DNA of 64,000 nucleotides from Hypanus sabinus (lineage: Eukaryota): NCBI RefSeq assembly GCF_030144855.1, contig NC_082712.1, positions 11,346,001 to 11,410,000 on the forward strand, given 5' to 3'. Positions 25,775 through 37,959 of the stretch are shown here, piece by piece. The translations under genes were made by a program, and so were the position numbers. Below the pieces are notes generated by a model, which saw only the letters and a list, made by a program, of their open reading frames with translations, searched no databases and was not told the origin of the DNA. The stretch's first letter is position 1, and every line of letters begins with the position of its first letter.

Positions 25775-26365
25775 GGCAAAAGTCAGGAAGTTGTTACAGC
25801 CTTATAAAACTCTAGCTAGGCCACATCTGGAGCATTGTGTACAGTTCTGATCACCCACTGTAGGAGGCATGTTGAGGCTTTGGAGAGGGTACAGACGAGG
25901 TTCACCAGGATGATGCCTGGATTAGAGGGCGTTTACTGTAATGAGAGGTTCGATAAACTTGGGTTGTTTTCTCTGGAGCAACGGAGTCTGAGGGGAGATT
26001 TGATAGAGTTTGTAAGATTATGAGAGGCACAGAGAGAGCAGACAGAGAGTATCTTCCTCCCAGGGTTGAAATGTCTAATACCAAAGGCCTGCATTGAAAG
26101 GTGAAAGGGGTTTAAAGGGGATGTGAGGGGTAAATGTTTTACACAGACAGTGCCGGGTTACTGGAATGCTCTGCCTGGGGAGGTGTTACAGGCAGATACA
26201 TTAGGGGCTTTTATGAGACATTTAGATCAGCACATGAACAGACATTGGATATTGAAATGGATGTTGTGTAGGCAGAGGGGTTAGTTTAGTAGGTCACTAA
26301 TTTAATTGGTTTAGCACAACATTGTGGGCCGAAAGGCCTGTGCCTGTGCTCTACTGCTCTGTGTT
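25775..26365 (+). mobile_element. CR1 LINE 3' fragment
   Basis: VEALERVQTRFTRMMPG; tail ctgtgttctatgttct. Confidence 0.85.
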
Positions 26366-26964
26366 CTATGTTCTCGTGTTAAATACAGTAAATCTATGGT
26401 CATCTGCTACTGAGAAATCCCGGTTGTTCCCTCCCTGGCTCACCAGGTGCCTGAGGTTCACGGAGCCATTCTGTTTCCCATTATCAGGTAATAAAAATGA
26501 ACTTCTGACATCACGATCTACCACAACGTGAGTAACACACAAAATGCTGGAGGATCTCAGCAGCTCAGGCAGCTTCTATGGAGGGGAATAAACAGTCAAT
26601 GTTTTGGCCTGGGGCCCTTCACCAGGACTGGAAAGGAAGGTGAAAGATGCCAGAATCTGGTGGTGAGGGGAGAGGGACTGGCTGGGTTGTTCTTACACAG
26701 GGCCAGTATGAACTCAATGGGCTGAATGTCCTCCTGAATGCTGCAACTGTTCCGTCACTCCGAGTTAATTCCAAGAGCTCTCCTCTCCGTAACCGGTGCC
26801 CCCGATTCTCCAATCACTTCCCCACCTGAAAATGAAATGGTAGGATTGTAAAAGCCATCGGCCCCGGGGAACAGACGACAATGACAAACCCCCGAAACCC
26901 TGACTCGACCCCAGCCTGTAACGCTCTATATTTCAATAAGAGTCTGAGGTGAACTGGTTTGTCA

Positions 26965-28130
26965 CCAGGGACACTGGCAAATTTCTACAGAGATACCTGG
27001 GGAGCGTTCTAACTGGCTGCATCACTGTCTGGTCTGGTGGGGCCACTGCTCAGGATCAGAAAGACCAGCAGAAAGTTATAAACTCAGTCAGCTCCATCGT
27101 GAGCACTGGTGTCCCCAGCACCCAGGACACCTTCAAAATGCAACGCCTCAAAAAGGCGGCATCCATCATTACGGACCCAGCACCCAGGACATGCCCTCTT
27201 CTCATTGCCACCATCAGGGAGGAGGAACAGGAGCCTGATTCAGGAACAGCTTCTTCCCCTCGGCCAGTTAGAACACTCAGCAGGTATATCTGTAGAAACT
27301 TGCCAGAGTACAGGAGCCTGAAGACACACAGTCACCGATTCAGGAACAGCTTCTTCCCCTCCGCCATCAGATTTCTGAATGGTCAATGAATCCATGAGCT
27401 CTTCCTCAGAATTTTTCCACTCTTTTTGCCCAACTTGTTTATTTCTTTTCCTTAGTTTATATGCAATTTATGGGTTTTATTATTATACATTGCCTTGAAC
27501 TGCTGCCGCAAAACAACAAATTTCATGACATACGCCAGTGATGCAATCTCGTTGTCTATTCTATTGTTTCTATATTAAATCTGATTCTGATTCTGATTCT
27601 GACGTAACCCCCACTCCGGTCTCTACAGCACCAGACCGCAGCGTGTAGCCCACTCCTGAGTATCCATTATTGCACATATAAACCCCCCAGCCTGGACCCT
27701 CCTATGGATCACAGCCTGTTCCCAGTCCTGGCTATCCATTACTGATCATTTAGTTGTCAGGCCCTGCTGGTGTATCTGGAAGATCGCTGAAAGCCTGTGT
27801 CGATCAACTGTTGGGAAAGATGAAGGATATCTTCAATCCTTCACTGCTGCAGTCAGAGGCCCCACCTGCTTCAAAAGGGTAACATCAGACCGGTCGGTGC
27901 CCAGGCAGAGCAGGGTGAGCTGCCTTAACGACCATCACCCAGTGGCACTCACATCTACTGCCATGAAATGCCTCGAGAGGTTGGTCTTGGCTGGAATCCA
28001 CTCCTGCCTCAGGAAGAGCCTGGGCCCATGGCAATTTGCCTGTCACCACAACAGGTCTACAGTGGATGCAATCTCACTGGCTTCTCACGTGGCCTTGGCT
28101 CACCCGGACAACAGCAAAACCTTTGCTCTG
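26965..28130 (+). mobile_element. L2/Rex1-type LINE fragments
   Basis: ORF 26949-27389 ends THSHRFRNSFFPSAIRFLNGQ. ORF 27897 has CLNDHHPVALTSTAMKCLERLV. Confidence 0.8.
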
Positions 28131-28426
28131 CTTATCAAATTGAATTATTATATATATTTATTGTAAATAATAGTTTTTATTTTATGCTTTGCACTGTACA
28201 GCTGTGAGAAAACAACAAATTTCACGACAGATGCCGGTGATATTAAAGCTGATTCTGATTCCCCTCCCCCATGTCAGGGCCCAGTCTATAACCCACTCCC
28301 CTGGTTTGATGGTTGTCAGGCCCACTGACATCTGAAGATCCACTCGTGACAGTAGTGAAACTCCATAAAAAGCACAAAATGCTGGCAGAACTCAGCAGGC
28401 CAGACAGCTTCTATGGGAGGAGGTAG

Positions 28427-28462
28427 TAACGACGTTTCGGGCCGAAACCCTTCATCAGGAGT
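28427..28462 (-). ncRNA. Minimal type I hammerhead ribozyme motif of the PLE pseudo-LTR
   Basis: Minus strand reads CTGATGA-aGGGtttcggCCC-GAAACGTC: intact core, stem II GGG/CCC, palindromic ACGT, GUC cleavage triplet. Stem I pairing is weak. Confidence 0.7.
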
Positions 28463-28551
28463 GAAGTAACATGGGATGGTCGAGGGGGGATAAGAAGTGG
28501 GGGGAGGGATGAAGTAGAGAGCTGGGAAGTGATAGGCTGGGGGGAAATGGG

Positions 28552-30225
28552 CTAGGGGGGAAGGTGGAGAATTAGGGCTGAGGGGAGATTATAGTGAGGG
28601 GGGAAAAAGAGAGAGAAAGAGAACCAGACTAAAATTATAGATAGGGATGGGGTAAGGGGGGGGCAGGGGTCTATGTGTTGAATGTTCATGCCGGCAGGAA
28701 GGAGGCTACCTAGGCGGGAGATAAGGTATTGCTCCATCGACCTGCGTGTGGCCTCATCTTGAAGGTAGAGGAGGCCATGGACAGACATGTCGGAGTGGGA
28801 GTGGTCTGTGGAATTGAAGTGAGTGGCCACAGGGAGATCCCGCCACTGCTGGAGGACTGAGTGCCGATGTTCGGTGAAACGGTCTCCCGGTCTGTGGCGG
28901 GTCTCCCCAATGTATAAATGGCCACATCGGGAGCACCGGATACAATATATCACCCCAGCTGACTCGCAGGTGAAGTGGTGCCTCACCTGAAAGGACTGTC
29001 TGGGGCCTGGGATGGTGGTGAGGGAAGAAGTTTGGGGGCAGGTGTAGCACTTCTTCAGTTTGCAGGGATAAGTGCCTGGAGGGAGGTCGGTGGGGAGGGA
29101 TGGGGGGAGGGATGAATGGACAAGGGAGTCGCATAGGGAGCGATCCCTGCGGAAAGCCGAGAGTGGGGGGGAGGGGAAGATGTGTCTGGTGGTGGGATCC
29201 CGTAGGAGGTGGCGGAAGTTACAGAGGATTATGCGTTGGATCTGTAGGCTGGTAGGGTGATAGGTGAGGACCAGGGGGACTCTATCCTTGGTGGGCTGGT
29301 GGGGGGATGGGGTGAGGGCAGAGGTGTGTGAAATACAGGAGACGCGATGGAGGGCAGAGTTGATAGTGGATGAAGGGAAGCCCCTTTCTTTAAAAAAGGA
29401 AGACATCTCCTTTGTCCTAAAATGAAAGGCCTCATCCTGAGAGCAGATGCAGCAGAGGCGGAGGAATTGAGAGAAAGGGATAGCATTTTTGCAGGAGATA
29501 GGGTGGGAGGAGGAATAGTCTAGGCAGCTGTGGGAGTTTGTAGGTTTGTAGTAGACATCGGTGGATAGGATGTCTCCAGAGATAGAAACAGAAAGATCTA
29601 GAAAGGAGAGGGAGGTGTCGGAAATAGACAAGGTGAATTTGAGGGCGGGGTGAAAGTTGGAGACGAAGTTAATGAAGTCGACGAGCTCAGCATGTGTGCA
29701 GGAAGCAGCGCCGATGCAGTCGTCGATATAACGTAAGAAAAGAGGAGTACAGATACCGGTGTAGGCTTGGAACATAGATTGCTCCACATGGCCGACAAAA
29801 AGGCAGGCATAGCTAGGACCCATGTGGGTGCCCATGGCTACACCTTCAGTTTGGAGGAAGTGGGAGGAGCCAAAGGAGAAATTGTTAAGCGTCAGGACTA
29901 ATTCCGCGAGGTGGAGAAGAGTGGTGGTAGAGGGTGACTGGCTGGGTCTGGAATCCAGGAAGAAACGGAGAGCTCGGAGACCTTCTTGGTGGGGGATAGA
30001 GGTATAAAGGGACTGGACGTCCATGGTGAAAATAAGGTGGTGGGGGCCAGGGAACCTGAAATCTTTGAAGAGATGTAAAGCATGGGAAGAATCATGGACA
30101 TAGGTGGGAAGGGATTGAACAAAGGGAGATAAAACAGAGTCGAGATAGGCAGAAATGAGTTCAGTGGGGCAGGAGCAAGCAGAGACAATGGGTCTGCCTG
30201 GACAGGCAGGTTTGTGAATCTCCAT
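28552..30225 (-). CDS. Penelope-like RT and GIY-YIG endonuclease (557 aa, N-terminally truncated)
   Basis: MDVQSLYTSIP, GVAMGTHMGPSYA, RYIDD (RT); GVIYCIRCSRCGHLYIGETR (GIY-YIG with Cys pair). Confidence 0.93.
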   Translation of the reverse strand: MEIHKPACPGRPIVSACSCPTELISAYLDSVLSPFVQSLPTYVHDSSHALHLFKDFRFPGPHHLIFTMDVQSLYTSIPHQEGLRALRFFLDSRPSQSPSTTTLLHLAELVLTLNNFSFGSSHFLQTEGVAMGTHMGPSYACLFVGHVEQSMFQAYTGICTPLFLRYIDDCIGAASCTHAELVDFINFVSNFHPALKFTLSISDTSLSFLDLSVSISGDILSTDVYYKPTNSHSCLDYSSSHPISCKNAIPFSQFLRLCCICSQDEAFHFRTKEMSSFFKERGFPSSTINSALHRVSCISHTSALTPSPHQPTKDRVPLVLTYHPTSLQIQRIILCNFRHLLRDPTTRHIFPSPPLSAFRRDRSLCDSLVHSSLPPSLPTDLPPGTYPCKLKKCYTCPQTSSLTTIPGPRQSFQVRHHFTCESAGVIYCIRCSRCGHLYIGETRHRPGDRFTEHRHSVLQQWRDLPVATHFNSTDHSHSDMSVHGLLYLQDEATRRSMEQYLISRLGSLLPAGMNIQHIDPCPPLTPSLSIILVWFSFSLFFPPHYNLPSALILHLPP

Positions 30226-30504
30226 GTCTGTTTCCCAGATTTTTCACCCACTTTCCTCACCATCCCCTCTCTTGACCCGGTTCCACCTGCCAGACGCATC
30301 TCCCCCAGTGGGTCCCATTCTCATCTCAGAGTATCAGGCTGGAGAGTGAGTCCTTGGTGGCCCTCCCTCAAACAACTGATTACAATCACATCTCTCCATC
30401 TGAATCTCCTTTCCATCCCTCTTATCCATCTTTCACCACCTACCACATCTCCCATCTCCCTTCCCCCTCCCTACCCAGCACAACCTGCCCTTAAACTCAC
30501 ACCC

Positions 30505-30810
30505 CACCTCAATCCTCAATCACCTCAGACCCGTCTCATCCCACCTCAATCCTCAATCACCTTAGACCCCTGTCTCACCCTCCTCAATCTATCCAACCCC
30601 TCAGGCTCCTGTCTCACCCCTCCTCAATCCTCAATCACCTCAGACTCCGGTCTCACCCCTCCTCAATCCTCAATCACCTGAGACTCTTAACTCACCTTCC
30701 TCAGTCCATTCTTCCCCTCAGACTCCGGTCTCACCCTCCTCATCCATCAGTTACCTCAGACTCCTGTCTCACTCCTCCTCAATCCATCAATCACCTCAGA
30801 CTTGTCCCAC
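30505..30810. repeat. ~37-40-bp tandem repeat (CCTCAATCCTCAATCACCTCAGAC...), about 8 copies
   Basis: Units start at 30507, 30544, 30582 and onward. Confidence 0.8.
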
Positions 30811-30904
30811 CCCTCTCAACTTCTCTATCAGTCCCAATGAACACAAAAACTTCAACGTCCTTTCACACCCACAGATGCAGCTCGACCGGCTGAATTCCTT
30901 CAGC

Positions 30905-31152
30905 AGATTGTTGTTCAAATATCGACCTCTCTCCCTCTCTCATTCACTCCCCCCTCTCTCACACTCTCTCAATCACTGCCTCTCTCTCTCACTCACTCAC
31001 ATTCTCTCTCTCCCTCTCACTCTCATTCACTTTCTCTATCTCACTCTCTCTCTCTCTCACTCTCTCTCATTCACTATCTCTCTATCCCACTCTCTCTCAC
31101 TCACTCTCACACTCTCTCTCTCTCACTGACATTCACTCTCTCTCTCTCTCTC
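30905..31152. repeat. (CT)n/(CACT)n microsatellite forming the polypyrimidine tract of the first V exon
   Basis: ~250-bp CT-rich tract ending directly at tctgcag|. Confidence 0.9.
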
Positions 31153-31157
31153 TGCAG

Positions 31158-31541
31158 ACTATTCGATAAGTGGTTGGTCAATGTCCGGCGCTGATGTGGT
31201 CTCTGCGGTGGAAGGGGCTCCCGCTGTGTTACCGTGTACTTTCACCCTCCCACTGAAAGACAGCGTCCCGTCCGGCACCGTGATCTGGTACAGGGGGGAA
31301 CAAAGTGCAGGTAATCTGGTGTTTAAGTGCACATATCCCGGTTCCGGCCCCTCCGGGTGCGATACAACGACACAGGAGGCTGGAGGAGGGCGGTTCGGAT
31401 TCGTGGGGAACCTCAGTCGGAAAGATGCCTCGATAATGGTGGAGCGACTGAACCGGAGTGACGGTGGTCGGTATCGGTGCCGGGTGGAGCTCAATGTTGG
31501 CAAATTTCAAACGGTGGTTCTAACAGATCTGTCTGTGAGAG
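31158..31541 (+). CDS. SIGLEC15: Ig V-set exon, Siglec-15-like (V1)
   Basis: Acceptor ctgcag|A and donor AG|GTGAGG, 384 nt, phase 1-1. The protein WSM..V.A..G..AVLPCTFT.P...IW..GE..AG..VF.C...C...GRF...GN..R.D.S..VERL...D..RY.CRVE matches Siglec-15 as I recall it, including the extra C'/C'' Cys pair and the F-strand Arg. Orthology is not proven. Confidence 0.8.
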
Positions 31542-32934
31542 GTGAGGACCGATGTTTAAGCACTGAGTTGTAAATCTACACTAATCATTTCACATTTTAT
31601 CTCCCTGAAAACTCATTTTATTCATTATTTGCAAGTACATTTTGCAGGATATCATGTCAAATAGATGTGATTGTCATGTGCACTAGCCCATAGAACAGGC
31701 CCTTCAGCCCACAATGTTGTGCTGACCCTTAAACCTGCTCCAAGATCAATCTCACCCCCTTGCCTCCCACATGCCCCTCCATTTCTACAACATCCGTGTC
31801 TCGAAGAGTCTCTCTCTCTCCCCTGCCCTCCCCCTGCTCCCCTTCTCCCTCTCCCCTCCCTCTCCCCTCCCTCTCCCCTCTCTCTCCCTCCCCCCTGTAC
31901 GTGACGCTGCTGCCATTTCAGTCAGCAATGAAGGGCCTCCATCTCTGGCAGCATTCAGGGCTTCCTTCATCGTGTCAGTAGCTTCCTCTCGGTTTTCACT
32001 GCTGTCAGTCATACAATTCCCGAGTGGGACTCAGGAATACCGTCACACTCAGATGTCGAAGGATTCTCCATTGCTGTTTCCATAACAACATTGTTTTACC
32101 CGTCAGGGTTGTTACCCTGAGCTGAACCCCCGAACCTGGGGGATCAGTGATCCTCTCTTACGGAGAATATAGAAACAGAAATCTACAGCGCATTACAGGC
32201 CATTCGGCCCACAATGCTGTGCTGACCATGTAACCTACTCTAGAGAGATTACCTCAGGGCTCTTGAACTCAATCCCACAGCTGATGAATGCCAGTACACC
32301 AGACACCTTCTTAACACCACTGTCAACCTGTGCAGCAGCTTTGAGTGTCCTATGGACAGAGTCCCCAAGACCCAGCTCATCCTCCACACTGCCACCAGTC
32401 TTACCATTCATATATTCTGTATTCAGATTTGACCTACCAGAATGAATCACTTCACACTTATCTGGGTTGAACTCCATCTGTTCTACACACCCTCCACTCT
32501 CTGTGTAATGAACCTGTCCCTGACCTCTGACATCCCCCCCAATACTTTCCAGGAAAAGTCTCTGGCTGTCAGCTCGATTATGCCTCTTATCATCTTGTTC
32601 ACCTCTATCAAGTCACCTCTCATCTTTCTTCACTCCCAAGAGAAAGTCTCCAGCTCGCTCAACCTTTCCTCATTAAACATGCTCTCTGGTCCAGGCAGCA
32701 TCCTGGTAGATCTCCTCTACATCCTCTCAAAAGCTTCCTCATCCTTCCTGTAATGAGGGGAGTGGAACTGAACTTACTTGCTGCTGCAGGGACGATTTTC
32801 ATTGCACGTCTGCCTACGTGTCTGCACAGGTGCAGTGAAAATCCAGTTGCCGTAGCAACACGGGCACAGAGCGTTGCATCAGAAAAGCAGCAATCAAGGG
32901 CAAGTTTATTGCCATCTGACTGTACACAGATACA

Positions 32935-35900
32935 GAACGTCAAGGGTGGTAATCTCGGGATTGCTGCCTGTGCCACGAGACAGAGAGGGTAGGAACAGGA
33001 AGTTATGGCAGATGAATGCGTGGCTGAGGAGTTGGTGCAGGGGGCAGGGGTTCAGGTTTCTGGATCATTGGGATCTCTTCTGGGGGCGGTCTGACCTGTA
33101 CAAAAAGGACGGGCTGCACCTGAACTGGAAAGGGACCAATATCCTGGCGGGCAGGTTTGCTGGAGCTGTTGGGGAGGGTTTAAACTAGTTTGGTGGGGAG
33201 TGGGAATCAGAATGTGAGTGCAGAGATTAGGGTAGAAGGACAAGAGCATGATGCTATGTGTTCTGAGTTGGTGAGGAAGGACAGGCAGGGGACAAAACAT
33301 AAATGTAGCCAGTTAGAGGGGTTGAAATGTGTCTATTTCAATGCTAGGAGTATTAGGAATAAAGGGGATGAACTTCGAGCATGGATCAGTACATGGAACT
33401 ACGATGTTGTGGCCGTTACTGAAACTTGGCTGGAGGAAGGGCAGGATTGGCTGATGCAGGTATCAGGGTTTAGGTGTTTTAAAAGGAACAGGATGGCAGG
33501 TAGAAAGGGGGGGCGTGGGTGAGTAGCATTACTGGTCGGGACAGTATCACGGCTATAGAAAGGGAGGACGCTGCAGAGGGAGTGTCCACTGAGTCAGTGT
33601 GGGTGGAAGTCAGAAATAGGAAGGGATCAATCACTGTGCTGGGAGTAATCTATAGGCCACCAAATAGCCCTCAGGACACCGAGGAGCAGATAAGCAGGCA
33701 GATTTTAGAATTGTGCAGAGAATATAGGGTTGTAGTTCTGGGTGATTTCAACTTCTCTCATATTGACTGGCACCTCCTGACTGCAAGGGGAATAGATGGG
33801 GCTGAATTTGTCAGGTGTGTTCAAGAAGGATTCCTGACACAGTATGTGGACCGGCCGACGAGAGGAGAGGCCATACTGGATCTAGTTCTGGGTAATGAAC
33901 CTGGTCAGGTGACAGACCTCTTGGTGGGGGAGAATTTGGTGAGATTGACCACAACTCCCTTAGCTTCAGCATAGCTATGGAAAAGGATAAAAACAGACAA
34001 AATGGGAAAGTGCTTAACTGGGGAAGGGCTAACAATGAAGGGATGAGGCAGGAACTAGCGAGAGTAAATTGGAAACATATGTTCAAGGGTGAAAGCACAG
34101 AAGTAATGTGGGAGAAGTTTAGGGACCACTTGTGCTGTGTTCAGGATAGGTTTGTTCCACTGAGGCAAGGAAAAAATGGTAGGAAAAGGGAACCGTGACT
34201 GATGAAACATGTGAGGCAACTCATCAAAAGGAAGAAAGAAGCAAATGTTAGATATAAGAAGCAGGAAGCAGGAGGGGCTCATGAGAAATATAGGGTAGCC
34301 AGGAAGGAGCTTAAGAAAGGACTTAGGAGAGCTCGAAGGGGACGTGAGAAGGTCTTGGCATGTAGGATTAAGGAGAGCCCCAAAGCATGCTCTGCCTATG
34401 TGAGGAATAAGAGGACGATGAGAACAAAGGTGGGACCGCTAAAGGATGAAGGCAACATGTACCTGGAGGCGGAGGTTGGGGAGGTCCTAAGTGAATACTT
34501 TGCTTCAGTATTCATAAGTGAAAAGGACCTTGATCAGGGTGAGGTCGAAATAGAAACAGGTCTGTGTGCTGGACAATGTGGAGATTAAGGAAGAAGAAAT
34601 GTTGTATCTTCTTAAAAACATCAAGATTAACAAGTCCCCAGGGCCAGACGTGATACACCCCAAGTTGCTGTTGGAATTGAGAGAAGAGATCACTGGAGTA
34701 TTAGCTATGATCTTTGAATCCTCTTTAGCTACAGGGGAAGTGTCAGAGGACTGGAGGATGGCAAATGTAGTTCCCTTATTTAAAAAAGGTAATAGGGAGA
34801 AACCTGGGAACTATAGACTGGTGAGTCTTTCGTCAGTGGTCTGCAAACTATTGGAAAGGATTCTTAAGGATAGGATCTATGAGCATTTGGAGAAGTACAG
34901 TCTACTCAAGGATAGTCAACATGGCTTTGTGAAGGGAAGGTCATGCCTCACAAGCATAATTGAGTTTTTTGAAGAAGTAACAAAAGTAATTGATGACGAT
35001 AGAGCAGTAGATGTGGTCTTCATGGATTTTAGCGAAGCATTTGACAAGGTCCCCCACGATAGACTCATCCAGAAAGTCATGAGGCATGGGATCTCTGGCA
35101 CCTTGGCTGTTTGGATAAAAAAAAACTTGGCTTACAGGAAGAAAGCAGAAGGTAGTAGTGGATGGAAAGTATTCTGCCTGGAGTTCAGTGACTAGTGGAG
35201 TGCCTCCAGGATCTGTCCTGGGACCCCTGCTATTTGTGATTTTTATAAATGACCTGGATGTAGAGGCAGAAGGATGGGTGAGTAAGTTTGCGGATGACAC
35301 GAAGATTGGAGGAGTTGTGGATGGAGCTGCAGGTTGTCAAAGGTTACAAGAGGATATAGACAGGCTGCAGAGTTGGGCGGAAAAATGGCAGATGGAGTTC
35401 AATCCGGATAAGTGTGAGGTGATGCATTTTGGAAGGAGAACAGAAGACTGAGCGCAGGGTTAATGGTCAGTTACTTAAGAATGTGGATGAACAGAGAGAC
35501 CTTCGGGTTCAAATCTATACATCCTTCAAGGTCGCTGCACAGGTTGATAAGGTAGTTAAGAAAGCCTATGGGATGCTAAGCTTCATTAACAGGGGGATTG
35601 AGTTCAAGAGTAGAGAGGTCATGTTGCAACTCTACAAATCTCTGGTGAGACCACACTTAGAGTATTGTGTTCAGTTCTGGTCACCTCATTATAGGAAAGA
35701 TGTGGAAGCTATGGAGAGGGTGCAGAGGAGATTTATCAGGATGTTGCCTGGATTGGAGAACAAGTCATATGAGGTAATGTTATCAGAGCTGGGACTTTTC
35801 TCTTTGGAGTGTAGAAGGATGAGAGGGGACTTGATAGAGGTCTACAAGATTATGAGAGACATAAATAGGGTGGATAGTCAGTACCTGTTTCCCAGGGCAC

Positions 35901-36195
35901 CAATAGCAAACACCAGTGGGCATATGTACAAAATTAAGGGAGGGAAGTTTAGGGGAGACATCAGGGGTAAGTTTTTTACACAGAGGGTTGTGAGTGGCTG
36001 GAATGACTTTCCAGGGATGGTGGTGGAGGCTAAAACATTAGGGGTATTTAAGAGCCTCTTGGACAGGCACATGGATGAAAGAAAAATAGAGGGTTATGGG
36101 ATAGTGTGGGTTTAGTACTTTTTTTAATGAATATATGGGTCGGCACAACATGGAGGGCTGAAGGGCCTGTACTGTGTTGTAGTATTCTAGTGTTC
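32935..36195 (+). mobile_element. CR1 LINE (ORF1 C-terminus, endonuclease, RT, tail), frameshifted
   Basis: KDGLHLNWKG; YFNARSIRNK; GDFNF; SQHGFVKGRSCLT; SKFADDTK; tail gtattctagtgttctagtg. Confidence 0.93.
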
Positions 36196-36239
36196 TAGTG
36201 AAACCTCCTTCTTCCGGATCAAGGTCCACTCACAAAACA

Positions 36240-36715
36240 TAAGAAGATAAGAAATAGGAACAGGAGTAGACCATCCGGCCCATCGAGCCTGTCCCGCCGT
36301 TCAATAAGATCATGGCTGATCTGTCCGTAAACTCAGCTCCATCTACCTGCCTTTTTCCCATAACACTTAACTCCCTTACTATGTGAAAACCTATCTAACT
36401 GTTTCTTAAATATATTTAGCGACGAAGCCTCAACTGCTTCCCTGGGTAAAGAATTCCACCGATTCACCACTCTCTGCGAGAAAAAGTTTTTCCTCATCTG
36501 TGTCCTAAATCTTCTCCCATTGATCTTGAGACAACATTCCCTAGTGCGAGTCTCACTGACCAATGGAAACAACTTTCCCACTTCGATCTTATCTAACACT
36601 TTCAAAATTCTGTACATTTCTACAATACACCCTTTCATTCTTCTGACCTCCAGAGAGTATAGTCCCAGGCAACTCAATCTCTCCTCATAGATTAACCCCT
36701 TCATCCCTGGAATCA
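36240..36715 (-). mobile_element. CR1 LINE 3' fragment
   Basis: ORF 36333-36719 YEERLSCLGLYSLE...SQRVVNRWNSLP. Confidence 0.88.
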
Positions 36716-36844
36716 ACATATATCACACACAGCTCATAAAACACAATATTACCAAATATCAACTAATAAAGAATAATACAGAATGCATATAGTTTGCAGC
36801 ACAGGTAAACAGTAAACAGCCCGCTGCTCTATCTTTCTATAACG

Positions 36845-37560
36845 CAGGGTATACTGTAGAATTCCTTCTCAAACACACCAGCTCAGGCTGTTGAACACTT
36901 TCAGTACAGTAAGTATTACACTAGAGAGGGTTCACTGTAGAATTCCTTCTCAAACACACCAGCTCAGGCTGTTGAACACTTTCAGTACAGTAAGTCTTTA
37001 CACTGGACATGGTTACTGCAGAATTTCATATCAAACACACTACATCAGGCTGTTGAACACGTTTAGTACAGTAAATATTACACTGGAGAATTACATGTTC
37101 AACGCACCAGCTCAGGCTGTTGAACACTTTTCATGTAGAAAATATTACACTGGAGAGGGTTCCGTGTAGAATTCCTTCTCAAACACACCAGTAAGGGTAT
37201 TGAACACTTTCAGTACAGTAAGTATTACACTGGAGAGGGTTCACAGTAGAATTCCTTCACAAACACACCAGCTCAGGCTGTCATACAATTTCAGGACAGT
37301 AAGTATTACACTGGAGAGGGTTCACTGTAGAATTCCCTGTCAAACACACCAGCTCAGGCTGTCATACAATTTCAGGACAGTAAGTATTACACTGGAGAGG
37401 GTTCCGTGTAGAATTCCTTCTCAAACACACCAGCTCAGGTTGTTGAACACTTTCAGTACAGTAAGTATTACACTGGAGAGGGTTCACTGTAGAATTCCCG
37501 GTCAAACCCACCAGCTCAGGCTGTTGAACACTTTCAGTACAGTAAGTATTACACTGGAGG
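36845..37560. repeat. 81-bp tandem repeat, about 8-9 copies
   Basis: GTAGAATTCC recurs at 36856, 36937 and onward. The 27-codon period explains ORFs 36891 and 37200. Confidence 0.92.
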
Positions 37561-37959
37561 TGTGGAGAGTAGATTCAAGCAGAGATCATGATATTTTTTA
37601 TTGTCATCTGACTGTACATATCTACAACAAAATGAAACAGCGTTCCACCAGACCAAGGTGCATCCAGAAAACATATACAGTATCACACACAGCTCATAAT
37701 GCAAAGTATTCCCACAGGTAATTTATAACATGTTATGTAAAATGAACGGAGCGTGTAGCACAGCTACCGAGTAAATGGTGAGCAGAATTCTATCTTAGTG
37801 ACGAGAGCTCTGAGGTGGAAATGCATTGATCGTCTCACTCATTAATTAAAATCTAAATGAATTATTACAAGCATTTTAATAACTTTTACAATATGAAGCA
37901 CAATAATACCAAAGGAAAAACAAAATCCACTTTAATGCAATTATTGTAGCATTGATAAT

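Larger units (their letters stand above)
28361..30230 (-). mobile_element. 5'-truncated Penelope-like retroelement with pseudo-LTR end
   Basis: RT plus GIY-YIG ORF followed by a 3' region carrying a hammerhead motif. Confidence 0.92.

Noticed and set aside
36891-37721. 27-aa repeat ORFs, superficially zinc-finger-like
   Set aside because: No C2H2 pattern; they derive from an 81-bp non-coding tandem repeat
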